DNA from: Felis catus
Lineage: Eukaryota
Length of the DNA: 64,000 nt
Assembly (NCBI RefSeq): GCF_018350175.1
Contig: NC_058368.1
Span: 71,736,001 to 71,800,000, forward strand
Reading direction: 5' to 3'
Shown one piece after another: positions 24,470-36,108 of the stretch. The notes beneath the pieces were generated by a model that worked only from the letters and a program-made list of their open reading frames with translations, did not search any database and was not told the DNA's origin. Positions within the stretch are counted from its first letter, which is position 1, and each line of letters opens with the position of its first letter. The position numbers were made by a program, and so were the translations under genes.

Positions 24470-25730
24470 ACCAGAAGCCCCGCGGAGTTCGCAGGAGGTG
24501 AGGCGGCGGCTGCACCACCTGCTCGGCTTCCCTAAACTCCAAGCCCGCGCGGGGAAGTGGCAGCTCGTTGGCCCCGGGCGTCCGGGCCGGTGGCACGCGG
24601 TTCTCTCGTCGCTCCGCTCGGCAGCCAGCGCGGAGGAGCTGGCACTCGCGGCGCTGCAGGGGAGCCGCCTTTAACCTAGGGCAGGCGGCCAACAGGCCCG
24701 GCTGTGCCCAGCCATCGCTGGCGCCACGGCCAGCTGGCGGCCAGGCGCGGGGCTCCGCGGCCAGGTGGCCACTCCTGGGACGCACCGCAGACGCCTGGTA
24801 CGCCCCGGGGGCGACGGAGCGCCCGTGCAGTTGGAGCAGGCAGGGGTGGCAGCGGTGACCACGGCCCCGGGCGGAGGGAGCGCAGGAGCCCGGGCGCGGG
24901 CAGGCGGAGCGCGTACCCTCCACGCCGCGCCCATTGTCCCGTGTGTAGCTTACACCGGGGCGCTTGGGGCTCGCGTCCCCCGTGACCCTAGCCCCGGTCG
25001 CAGCCCAGGTCCTGGAGCCAACTCCCAGCAGCACCACCGCCGGACCCGGGCCGGCCCGCGGGGCTAGGGGCGCGGCGACAGCGAGGACCCCGCGTCCGCT
25101 CCGCGCCCAACTATGCTCGTCTCGCAGCACACTCGGCCACTCGGCCCTGCAGGGGCCGCCCCACGCATTACCTGCAAGGAGCCCGAGCGGCGGCCGCATC
25201 TCCCTCCCGGGCGCGTAAACTCCGGCCGCTCTCGGCGCCCGCCCGGAGCTGGGCAGGGGGAGGGGCCGCCCGCGCCGCGCCCCCGCCCCCTGCCGCGCCC
25301 CCCTTCCTGCGCCGCGCGCCGCCCGCACCGCCCGCAGCTCCCCCACGCGTGCGGGCGCTCACTCTCACACTCCCGCCTCGGCCCGCCCTCTCCTCGCGGC
25401 CATTGGCTGCTCCTGTGGTCACTTTCACGCCGCAGCTCGTTCCTCTTCAGCTCATTGGCGGAAGCGCCGGTGACGTCGGGCCAGAAGGCGCTACACGGCG
25501 GCGAAAGAGGCGCAGCGACAGAAGGCGTCGGCCGGAGAGCAGGAAGCGGAGTTCCAGGCGCGGAGGCCGGGCGGTGCCGGGGCGGGAAGGGGCGGCCCCA
25601 GCCTGGCTCCTGGAGGCGGGCCGCGTGGGCGGGGCCGCCTCCTCCAGTCCGCGGGCGCGGGAGCTTGCTCCCCGTGGGTCTCGCGCTTCTCGCACTGTGG
25701 GTGGCGCTCCGCGGTGGGACTGCAGAGTCC
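24470..25730. promoter_or_regulatory. CpG island / TMTC4 promoter
   Basis: Very GC- and CpG-rich ~1.25 kb in an otherwise CpG-poor window. CCAAT boxes on the minus strand at 25402-25406 and 25454-25458, ETS GGAAG cores near 25460 and 25542, CRE-like TGACGTCG 25471-25478, GC box TGGGCGGGGC 25626-25635. Confidence 0.9.
25172..25380 (-). other. TMTC4: Putative TMTC4 first (5'UTR) exon; 5' end approximate
   Basis: Lies in the CpG island just downstream of two CCAAT boxes and ends at a good donor CAG|gtaatg (GT at 25171-25170). The TSS is inferred, not observed. Confidence 0.6.
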
Positions 25731-26093
25731 TTGCAGGAAAGGGAGCTGGAGGAGAACCGTCAGGGCTCTTCCTGGCAGGGAGGAGTTGTTCCAGATTTGC
25801 GTGTCTCCACATTCTGCCTGACTTCTTCCTGTCTGGGAGGAGTTGTTTCCAGTTTGTAGGTTCACCAGAACTTCCTTCCAAGGCCCTGCCGCCTATTGTT
25901 TTTAACAGACCCTCTTTCTGGACTCAGGTCTTGATTCTTCACCTGGCCAGATGAGACATTCAGTCGCCCATCCATTCACCAGTAGTCACTTTGTTCTCAA
26001 CTTTTAACTCCCAACCGGATTGCCACTCTGCCCTCCAGTAACTCCCATCTCAGTAGATTACTTTGTCTCTTGCCTCAAGAAAAAAGAACTTTT

Positions 26094-26305
26094 GGGGCGC
26101 CTGGGTGGCTCAGTGGGTTAAGCGACTGACTTCATCTCAGGTCATGATCTCGCAGTTTGTGAGTTCAAGCCCTGCGTGGGGCTCTGTGCTGACAGCTTAG
26201 AGCCTCGAGCCTGCTTTGGATTCTGTGTCTCCCCCTCTCTCTACCCCTCCCCTGCTCACACTCTGTGTCTGTCTCTCAATAATAAGTAAATGTTAAAAAA
26301 AAAAA
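26094..26305 (+). mobile_element. CanSINE
   Basis: Head, CT tract, tail; TSD aaaaaagaa(a)ctttt. Confidence 0.92.
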
Positions 26306-26599
26306 AGAAACTTTTTGCATTTTTCACCCCCAAACCTACACACATCCTTAAAGCACGGATTCCGCCCTCACCATTCCTCACTTCCACCTCCACCTCCACC
26401 CCCAGTATCAGAGTCCAGCCTGAGATCAATCTCTCCCTCTTGGCTGGATCTGTATCATCAGCATTTACTCAGTCCCAAGCCTTCCTTGCCCCCCACCCCC
26501 CACCTTACCCTGCCCTTCCAGCTGCCACCCTGCCCCCGCTCGTACTCTTCATAACTGAAGTTAAAAGAGCTGCCCATCCCCCCCTCCCCTTTTTAGTCT

Positions 26600-27190
26600 T
26601 CAACTGGCAGTGACTTCCTGGTTTCCACATTCTACTGTAACTGCATTTCCTATAGTCATCCACAATCACTAAATCCAAAGGACACTCTCTTTTCTCATTT
26701 TACTTGGTCTCTCAGTAAAATTCTTTCTTCCTCAAAACACACTTCTTTTGGTGATAGTGGTGTGCTGCTCTCCTGTTTTCCCCCAGGCTCCTTACTTGGC
26801 TCATCTGCTGCTCGATGATCTCCAGAGGACTTATGGTTAAGGTCTCAGTCCTTCCATGCCACAATTTTTCCCTGTGTGATTTAATCCACCTCCAACGTTT
26901 CAATTGCAGACTTACAACTCCAGCCCCTACTTATCTGAGCTTCGAATCCATTTATCTAGCTTCCACCTGGTTGTGTCACTAGCAATTGGGATAGAAAGCA
27001 TGCTTTCACTGCTTTCTCCTCCTCAGGTCTCCCTCTAATAGTGACGGTACCACCACCTGCCCAGTATTTCCTAAACTGTGCCTTCACCCTTGGCATCTAG
27101 CAAATCACCAAGATTCTACCTGCTAAGTGTCTATCAAGTCTGTCCACTTCTTTCCATCTCCAAGGCCACGTATGATGCCGTGCTGCTGTG
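26600..27190 (+). mobile_element. L2 fragment (old)
   Basis: Pyrimidine-rich sequence with ctaaatccaaaggacac, ctccagcccc...ctgagcttc, caaatcaccaagattct typical of the L2 3' region. Confidence 0.5.
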
Positions 27191-27209
27191 CATGTGTCTT
27201 CCTAACCCA

Positions 27210-27551
27210 CTCAGCGATGTTGCACAAGCAGATTGCAATCAGCCATGGTGAGGGTATTTACACCATAGAAAAATTGACAAACATTATGAATCAGCCTAAT
27301 TTGTTGTTTTGCTGATTGTCTCTAGACTTAATAAAGTACAAAAATAAATGGTGAAAAAAAATTTTAAAAGAAAGTAATGGAAAAAATGTTAATATTGCAG
27401 ATTAAGCTTTAAAATGGGTTGTGCTTGGGGTGCCAGGGTGGCTTAGCTGGGTAAGTGTCTGACTTCGGCTCAGGTCATGATTTCACAGTTTGTGGATTTG
27501 AACCTGTGTGGGCTCTGTGCTGACAGCGTGGAGCCTGGAGCCTGTCTAAAA

Positions 27552-27586
<35 letters not shown>

Positions 27587-27850
27587 ACAAACAAACAAAC
27601 AAACAAACTAAAATGGGTTGTTCTTAGTGCTAAAACTAAAAGATTTTAGTTTAATGGGTTTATTTGAACAGGGTAAGAAATTGTTTAATAGATCACGTAT
27701 CAGATTTAATGACAATAAGTTCTTTGGGAAAAGAGCACATTGAGATACAATCCTTTTGTGAAACCATGGTTGAATTACAAGCATTGGTTGGATACAGATA
27801 CAAGGCTAGAGCAAAAATCAACAAAGATGTTCTGTGAGAATGCCCAAATG
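27210..27850 (+). mobile_element. MER63-like hAT DNA transposon interrupted by a SINE
   Basis: aatcagccatggtgagggtatttacaccatagaaaaattgacaaac resembles recalled MER63; right boundary uncertain. Confidence 0.55.
27427..27608 (+). mobile_element. CanSINE lacking CT tract, with (TAAA)n(CAAA)n tail
   Basis: Head present; TSD taaaatgggttgt(g/t)ctt. Confidence 0.88.
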
Positions 27851-28096
27851 ATGCTGCATGACCTGGACCATCTCCCCAAACACTCTTATGTCCCTCTCTA
27901 TATGCTCTCATATTCTTATCATAAGTGTAACTAACTATTCATGTGATCACTGTATAAAGTCTGTCTCCATTATTAGACTGTGAATTCCATGGAAGCAATG
28001 GCCATGTCTGTCTTGAACACTATACCCCCTGAAGCAGCTATGCCCCTCACAGAGCAGGCACTCAACAATGTTTCTCGAAAAGAAGTACATTTCTGA

Positions 28097-28222
28097 GGGG
28101 TGCCCAAGTGGCTCAGTTGGTTGAGCATCTGATTCTTGAGTTCGGTTCAGTTCATGGTTTCACAGTTCATCAGTTTGAGCCTCGCATCAGGCTCTGTGCT
28201 GACAGCAGGAAGCCTGTTTGGG

Positions 28223-28258
<36 letters not shown>

Positions 28259-28330
28259 TCTTTCTGTCCCCTGCTCATGCTCTCTCCCTCCCTCTCTCTC
28301 TCTCAAAATAAATAAATAAACCTAAAAAAA
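28097..28330 (+). mobile_element. CanSINE
   Basis: TSD aaaagaagtacatttctga. Confidence 0.92.
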
Positions 28331-28567
28331 AAAAGAAGTACATTTCTGAAAGTCATACTGCATGCTATTAGAAATACTGGAGTTAAAATTGGAATCTCTG
28401 ACTTAATCCAATGGTATTCAATTCCATAAATTGCTGTGCCAGCCATGATCAAAATGTCATCATACTATGTGCCAAGCAAGGGGCAGGCTCTGTGGAGAAT
28501 ATTAAGGTGAACATGGTGCTGATTCTACCTTTCATAATCTTATGGTTTATTAAGAAGTATGAGATGT

Positions 28568-28776
28568 GGGGTCCCTGGGTGGCTCAGTTGGTTAAGCGTC
28601 CAACTCTTGGTTTCGGCTCAGGTCATGATCTCATGGTTCATGCTCTTGAGCCCTACATTAGACTTCAAGCTAATAGTGCAGAGCCTTCTTGGGATTCTCT
28701 CTGCCCCTTTCCTGTTCACTCTCTGTCTCTATCTCTGTCTCTGTCTCTCTAAATAAATAAATAAATAAATACACTT
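28568..28776 (+). mobile_element. CanSINE
   Basis: TSD aagaagtatgagatg. Confidence 0.92.
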
Positions 28777-29147
28777 AAAGAAGTATGAGATGCAGACGAT
28801 ACCTCCCTACTGCTAGTTCATACACAGACCCCCACCTCTTGACACCAGTTCCTTGGACAAGGGCTCTGTGGTCATTGTCACACATAGAACACAGGTTGGT
28901 TGAGTGCTTAGTGTGTGCCAGGCACTGTGCCGAACCCTTTGCATATGTTATTTTTAAAAATTCTTACAAAAACTCTAACAAGTGAACATCATTATCCTTA
29001 TCCTACAGATAAGGAAAAAGAGGAACAGAGGTCCAGAGTCAAACAGACAGTGCATTTTTTTTTTTTTTTTAGCCAGTTCATTTCTCAGTGGAACCAAGAC
29101 TAGGTATACAACTGAGGGATGTAGCTGGAGATTTAAAGAACCCTCAA

Positions 29148-29366
29148 GGGACACCTAGGTGGCTCAGTCGGTTAAACATTCCAACTTTGGCTCAGGTCAT
29201 GATCTCTCGGTTGGTAGATTTGAGCCTGGCTTCGGGCTCTGTGCTGACAGCTCAGAGCCTGGAGCCTGCTTCGGATTCTGTGTGTGTCTGTCTCTGCCCC
29301 TTCCTTACTCATACCCTGTCTCTCTCTTTTTCAAAAATGAACATCAAAAAATTTTAAAAAAATAAA
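29148..29366 (+). mobile_element. CanSINE
   Basis: TSD taaagaaccct. Confidence 0.92.
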
Positions 29367-30763
29367 TAAAGAACCCTTGAAATGCCCAACAAGGTTGATA
29401 TTTGGGGCTGGAAAGAACTAGAACTGAGAAGATGGTAAGTATTGCCTTCCTTTCCCCCAACCGCCCCCCCCCCCCCCATATGTTCTCCCTTTCTCTCTTC
29501 TCAGTAGCAGATGTCAATGTTGGAGGGAGATGAACAATTTGAGTCTTTTGGAGGGAAGCTACATGATTGGTTATAGAGCCCCTTGCCCAGCTGCCACCCT
29601 TTTGCCTCTGATTGGTAATATTCTGAGGGTTGGCGTTGCTATTCAGTGCACCTGCTGTTTCTTGATGGCACTTCTAACTGGGGTGGCAAGCAGGAAAGGA
29701 AACTTGGAGTCCCTACACTTACACTCTTCCGAGGGTCAAGGTGGACAGAAGTTGTATGCTCCAGGGTTGTCTCATTCATCAGGCACCCAGGTTCTTTCCA
29801 TCTCCTTGCTCCTGCCATCCTTGTTGGGGGTGCCATTTCCGTTGCCCTCAGGGTACAAAATGGCTCCTTCAGTTCCTGGCATCTTATTTGGAATGGCAAA
29901 ATCTAAAAGCAAGACAGAACCTTCTCCTGTGATGTCTGACTCTTAGGAAGGAGGAAATCTTTCCTAGAAACAGCCTACCTGAGATCCTGGCCACGTGTCC
30001 ACCCCTAAATCATCTACTAGCAAGGGAAGAGAACCAATGTAGGTAGGGCTTATGTGTAATGCAGTCTTCTTTCCCTAAATCACAGGGGGTGGGGGCAGTT
30101 GGTGGGCTGGCAATTTAGAGTTTCCTTTGGGAGGAATGGATGCTGGACAGGTAGATTAGCATGTCTTACCAAATGGCATTTGGAAGAGGATGAAGTGTTA
30201 AGGGGGAGGGGATTTTACTATTAACACATGAAAGATTTTGATTTGTATGTTGAGAAGTAAGAATCAGAAGGGAAGGAGGGGTTGAAGATAAAGGAGAAAA
30301 CAAAGTGATATGGACCATGGTCTTTGAAGAGCTAACATGAAAATCTAATCCAGGGTACAGATTGAAATACTTACCTTTTTTCCTCTTAAGCTAAAGAATA
30401 TTTAATAATGCCAAAATATATAAACCTTGCATTCATGTGTTGTCTAATTTTGGGGAAACATTTCCACTTGTTTTCCCAAGTTCAAGTTAGCTATCTACTC
30501 TATCCTTAAATTAACTATCTACTTTCTTTCATTTCTTCTAAATTTTCCTCTTTTCAAGAGGCCTATGATCATCTCTGTTTTTGGAATTCCCAAATCTCAA
30601 AAGAGTTGGTAAGAACTTGTGTAGGTCAATCAATATTTGCCAAGCATAGAGATTTTTTGGTACAAATATTAAAAATGCCTTGGAAAGAACTGCTAATCGG
30701 TTTTATTTGCTTAATCTTAAAGCATCATATTTTACATAGTATTTCCATACACTTTCATTTTCA

Positions 30764-30981
30764 TTTTTAAAAAAATTTTTATGTTTATTTATTTTTGAGA
30801 GAGAGAGACAGAGCACGAGCAGGGGAGGGGCAGAGAGAGAGGGAGACACAGAGTCTGAAGCAGGCTCCAGGTTCTGAGCTGTCAGCACAGAGCCTGATGC
30901 AGGGCTCAAACCCATGAACCATGAGATCATGAACCGATCCAAAGTTGGAACGTTTAACTGACTGAACCACCCAGGCGCCCC
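30764..30981 (-). mobile_element. CanSINE
   Basis: TSD tacactttcatttt. Confidence 0.93.
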
Positions 30982-31114
30982 TACACTTTCATTTTTAATG
31001 TGTCTCTTCAACATTAGATTTGTAATAATAAATTAAGCAAACAAGCTTGTCTAGCCAATGTAGTTATATTTGAGTCTAAACTTTGAGGCCTATGATGTCA
31101 GAAGAGGGAATAAA

Positions 31115-31295
31115 AAAGTGCTTACTCTGTGTAGTACTAAGCATATAATGTATATTAATTCATTTGGTCCAGACAACACCTTATAAAGTAGACGTATTAT
31201 TGTCCCCTATTTTATAAATGTGGACACTGAGGCACAGAGAAGTTAAGTAACAGCTGTATGTGATAGAGCTAGGAATCAGGGCCAAGCAGCCTGGC
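31115..31295 (-). mobile_element. MIR
   Basis: cccctattttataaatgtggacactgaggcacagagaagttaagtaac. Confidence 0.75.
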
Positions 31296-31574
31296 CAGGA
31301 AAGGGTCAAGATTTAACCAGTTCATTCTTTCGTTCCTACACAGCCTGGGGTGTACATCAACTAAGAATTATGCAAATTCCTCAAAATCTGCATCTTTATC
31401 TCCTTAGCCTTTCTTCTTTTCAATCTTCCTTTGCCTAATCTTCAGTGTTCCTTTGCTTGGCATCTTGTTCTCTTTTCCTTCTCCCTATCTCCTTATCCTC
31501 AGCTGTCTCACGTTAAATCTCTACTTAAAATAAATATTAAAATCATGGAATAATTAACAACAATAATGGTTAAT

Positions 31575-31815
31575 CTTCACTGATAGCTTAGTTTGTGTCA
31601 GGCACATACATAAGATACATGTGTTCATGGAAGATTTTATATAAACCTGATAACCCCTTGGAGTGTGCTAATTTTCCCTGTTTTACAGATGAGGAAGTTG
31701 ATCTTAGAGACATTAGGTAGCCTGTTAAAGGTCATGCAGAAAGCCAGGGGCAGAGCTGGGATTTGCACTGGGCAACATGACACCAGATCCCATTTTTTGA
31801 ATCATTACACAAGAT
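31575..31815 (-). mobile_element. MIR
   Basis: ctgttttacagatgaggaagttgatcttagagacattaggtagcctgttaaaggtcatgcag...ggcagagctgggatttg. Confidence 0.7.
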
Positions 31816-32095
31816 TGCCTCCTACTTGATTATAGTTTCATCTGATTTTTGCTTCTCTCCTCCAGAATACTAGAATCTTTCCCATAAGCTCCCCTTTCTT
31901 TGGATTGACAAATTCTTGCTCTTCAGCTCAAGTTTTATGGTCTTTGTGCAGACCACCTGTCTACATTTTTAGCAATGAGCTACATTTCCATGGTTATAAT
32001 TTATTTTTTATGAATTACATTTATATTGTTGCAGCTCTTATGGAATTTGAAGGGCACTCTAGTACCTTGTGACTATTTGAGCATTTTCTCTTGGC

Positions 32096-32314
32096 TTTTT
32101 TTTTAAATATTTTTTTAAATGTTTATTTATTTTTGAGAGAGACAGAGCGTGAATGGGGGAGGGGCAAAGAGAGAGGGAGACATAGAATCCGAAGAAGGTT
32201 CCAGGCTCTGAGCTGTCAGCACAGAGCCCAACATGGGGCTCCAACTCACGAACTGTGAGATCATGACATGACCCGAAGTCGAATGCTTAACCGACTGAGC
32301 CAATCAGGTGCCCC
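32096..32314 (-). mobile_element. CanSINE
   Basis: TSD tctcttggctttttt. Confidence 0.93.
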
Positions 32315-32989
32315 TCTCTTGGCTTTTTTGTTCATACTTTTTTTTAGCTTTGTCTAAGATATCCATCATACCTTGATCTTCCAGAGACTTCCCACTTACT
32401 TTTAGAACCTAGTCCAAGGACCACTTTCTTTGGGAAGTCAGCCTTTTTCAAACCCTCAGGTAGAATTAATCATGCCCTCCCTTGGGTCTTCATTGGATCC
32501 CATAAACCTGTGAGACTCTTTCCAACCTATTAATCGTTCTTGCAGAGATTTGTTTATAAATGTAGTGCTTTCTCCCTTTCTTTGCCTTCAGGACCTAACA
32601 TGATAGTCAAAAGTTGTGTTTGTTGAATTTAACTTCCAAATTCAATAGGACTACCTAACAGAAATACTCTAGTGTGCATAGGACTCTAATCTATGTAATC
32701 TAATCTAAACTAATCTAATCTAAGGATTAGATTTGGCCTAGGAAAGAAACATCCCATGGGGGATATGATCTCAAATGTTCCAAGGGCTGTCAGATTCTGT
32801 GCTCTGTTAAACACAGTTAAAAGTAATGGGTATGAGTTGGAAGGGGAATGTATCTCAGTTTGAGAAATAACTTTCTAATAATAAATATCTAACAATGGAA
32901 CAGGTTACCTTAAGAACAACCATGAGTTCCCCTTAAATTATGTCTTCAAGCACAAGCTGAACAAACCTATGGCAAATGTACTGAGGAAG

Positions 32990-33537
32990 TGATGAGGGAC
33001 CAACTAACAACAACCCCCCCCCCCAACCAGGTGATTTATGTGTGTAATTTTCCTCAGGTACTCCTAGAGGCCCAAGGACAAAGGAAAGGGAAAGAAAACC
33101 AATGGTTAACTGGTAGAGGTCACACCCATGCAGGACAAGAGTCTCCATCAGTTTCCAAATATCTTAGTAAATTATAAGAAAAAGGCTTATCAATAGCCTT
33201 TTTCTTATCAATAGCCTAATCTTCAGGAACTCCCTACTATCTTAATAAAAATGTTTTGCTAGAGGGAAAAACAACCTTAGCTTGACAATAGCCAACCTCC
33301 AGTAATCTGTGAACCTTCTTTAGTATATGGAAATTCCTTTAAGGAACTTCCTCTTGACTTTATCCTCCCCCTGACTCAGTATATAACCAGTCAGTCTTCA
33401 CAACCTCAGTGCAGCTATTTCTACCCATGGGTCCTGTCCCTGTGCTTTAATAAAATCACCTTTTTGCACCAAAGATGTCTTCAAGAATTCTTTCTTGGCT
33501 GTTAGGTCTGAATCTCCACCACTCCAAAACCTCATCA
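32990..33537 (+). mobile_element. ERV1-class solo LTR (548 bp)
   Basis: TG...CA ends with inverted termini tgatgagg/cctcatca, 4-bp TSD gaag on both sides, TATA-like tatataa near 33380 and AATAAA at 33449-33454. Confidence 0.85.
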
Positions 33538-34039
33538 GAAGGAATTCTTTCCTGCATTCAGAGGGACATTGAATCAGATGACCTCAAAAGGATGTCTTGA
33601 CCTTGATGATTCTGGTGCTATTAAGGTATAATTTTCAAAAAAGTTGACAACACAACTCCCACACATGTATAGAATGAAGAAATGTTAAAGATTTATTTCA
33701 ACTTTCTAATGAAAGAACTAGAGAAAATGTGGCAAAATCGGTTCAATGAGAATCAGAGGAATAGAAATTACCTTCACCAGAAGACACATTCTGATATAAC
33801 TTTGCTGAGTGTGAGATAAAACTGGTTAATGTCTACAGGGCATTAAAATTGTAACCTTTAGCATTATCCTTTTTCCTAGATAGAAATAATTTGCATCTCT
33901 ACTGGACAAAGTTTACAGATTAATAGTAACTACATAGAGACGGAGCTCTTATCTAACAGTAAGTAGAAAAAGCAAATAAAGTGACAATCCCCTAAAAAAA
34001 GTTAATAATACTTGGATGAGCCTGTCAAACAACGTCCCA

Positions 34040-34512
34040 GTATATGAAGCTTCCTGGAATTGCTGCAAAAAATTACCACAAACCGGGGAGCTCTCATTGT
34101 TCAAGAGGCTGGATGTCTGAGATCAAGGTACTGGTCCTTGATCAGTACTGGTTCCTTTTGGAGGCTGTGAGGGAGGATCCCTCCCATGCTCTTCTCTTAG
34201 CTTCTTGTGTTGCTGTAAGTCCTTGGGGATCCTTGGCTTGTAGACACATCCTAGCAATCCCTGCCTTTGCAATCACATGGCATTTCTTCCCCGTGTGTCT
34301 GACTGTTTCCTTGTCTTTCTTCTTGTCTAAGGACACTGGCCATATCGGATTGAGGGTGCACCCTACTCTGGGATGTCCTCATCTTACTAATTACATCTAC
34401 AAAACCTCTATTTCCAAATAAGGTCACATTCTGAGGTTTTGGGAAGGACATGGATTTGCTGTGTGTGTGTGTGTGTGTGTGTGTGTAGTGGGTATTCAAC
34501 CTAATATACCCA
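34040..34512 (-). mobile_element. MaLR (MLT1-like) LTR containing (TG)n
   Basis: aattaccacaaacc...gtctgagatcaaggt...aaggacactggccatatcggatt...tatttccaaataaggtcacattctgagg. Confidence 0.8.
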
Positions 34513-34730
34513 GTAAGAGAGTAAAGGGACATGCCACCTACTTTTTTTTTTTTTTTTGCCTTATTTCCAAGTTTTAAACACTTTTTCTTAACAGCAGCAG
34601 TCACTTTCTCAGTCTCTCCACCGATATCACCTACATTTTAGCAGTAGTCATTCAGTTGAGGCTAGCTCTACATTTATTGATATGATACAAAGGGATGCTA
34701 AATATGGGTCTAATAAGAAACGTAAGGTCT

Positions 34731-34956
34731 GGGGCGCCTGGGTGGCTCAATCGGTTAAATGTCCGACTTCAGCTCAGGTCATGATCTCATGGTCTGTGAG
34801 TTTGAGCCCCGCGTCGGGCTCTGTGCTGACAGCTCAGAGCCTGGAGCCTGTTTCGGATTCTGTGTCTCCCTCTCTCTCTGACCCTCCCCTGTTCATCCTC
34901 TGTCTCTCTCTGTCTCAAAAATAAATAAACACTAAAAAAAAAAAAAAAAAAAAAAA
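34731..34956 (+). mobile_element. CanSINE
   Basis: Perfect TSD aagaaacgtaaggtct; long A tail. Confidence 0.95.
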
Positions 34957-35581
34957 AAGAAACGTAAGGTCTAAATCACATAGGAATGCTTGTATATAAT
35001 CATCCAAAAGGCTTTAATAATTCCAGTGCCAGTCTCAGGTCACTTGGTTACCATTTTGGGACAAGTCCTTTTCATGAACTGTTTGGGTATGTAACCTGTC
35101 CTTGGAATTATGAAGTCTGATTCAGGAAGAGTAGGTCTTGACAGACATTAAGAACAGAAGAGGGAATTTTAAGTTATACAGGCAGCTTCCCTGTTCTCTT
35201 TTTTTTCATTTGTTTGCTTAAATGAAAGCTTTTTAATAGGATATCCAGTTAGGCAGAATTTAGGATTTTATAACAGAGAAGTCACCAGCACTTATCTAGG
35301 TTAGCCTCTGTAGGAAGTGTCTTAAGAGTGGATTTTTTAGGGGCTGGAGAAAGGCATCATTACAAGGGCCCCTCAGTCACACAAATGTTAGACAAATAGG
35401 GATCCATTATTGTGGTCATTTAACAGGAGCTTTTTGGGGGCTAGACTTTGTTCCAAAAACCCTGGCTGGTAGAGGCAGTTACTGGATTAGCAGGTGGGTA
35501 GAGGTGAGTGGAAGGGGAGTGAGACTCATCTCCTACCCTTTCACTCCTGAGATTCCATGTTCTTGAGGCTTTTTCTGATGA

Positions 35582-36108
35582 AATGTTTATAGTGGCACTA
35601 TCAATAATAGCCAAATCATGGAAAGAGCCCAAATGTCCATCAACTGATGAATGGATAAAGAAGATGTGGTGTATATATACAATGGAGTACTACTTGGCAA
35701 TGAGAAAGAATGAAATCTTGCCATTTGCAACAATCTGGATGGAACTGGAGGGTATTATGCTAAGTGAAATAAGTTAAAGAAAGACAGATATCATATGTTT
35801 TCACTCATATGTGGAATTTGAGAAACTTAACAGAAGACCATGGGGGAAGGGAAGGGGAAAAAATAGTTACAGAGAGGGAAGCAAACCATAAGAGACTCTT
35901 AAATACAGAGAACAGACTGATGGTTGATGGTGGGGCAGGGGAAGGGGAAAATGGGTGATGGGTATTGAGGAGGACACTTGTTGGAATGAGCACTGGGTGT
36001 TGTATGTAAGCAATGAATCATGGCAATCTACTCCCAAAGGCAAGAGCACACTGTATACACTGTATGTTGGCTAACTTGATAATAAACTATATTAAAAATA
36101 AAACAACA
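35582..36108 (+). mobile_element. Carnivore L1 3' fragment
   Basis: ORF 35583-35777 is the L1 ORF2 C-terminus (WKEPKCPSTDEWIKKMW), followed by a carnivore-type 3'UTR and A-rich end. Confidence 0.9.

Noticed and set aside
25385..25480. ER-stress elements (ERSE CCAAT-N9-CCACG, ERSE-II, UPRE) in the TMTC4 promoter
   Set aside because: Checked both CCAAT boxes by eye: no CCACG at the required spacing, and TGACGTCG is not the UPRE TGACGTGG.
24462..25954. Many long overlapping ORFs (up to 294 aa) on both strands
   Set aside because: Arg/Gly/Pro/Ala-rich products expected from stop-poor CpG-island sequence; no recognisable domain.
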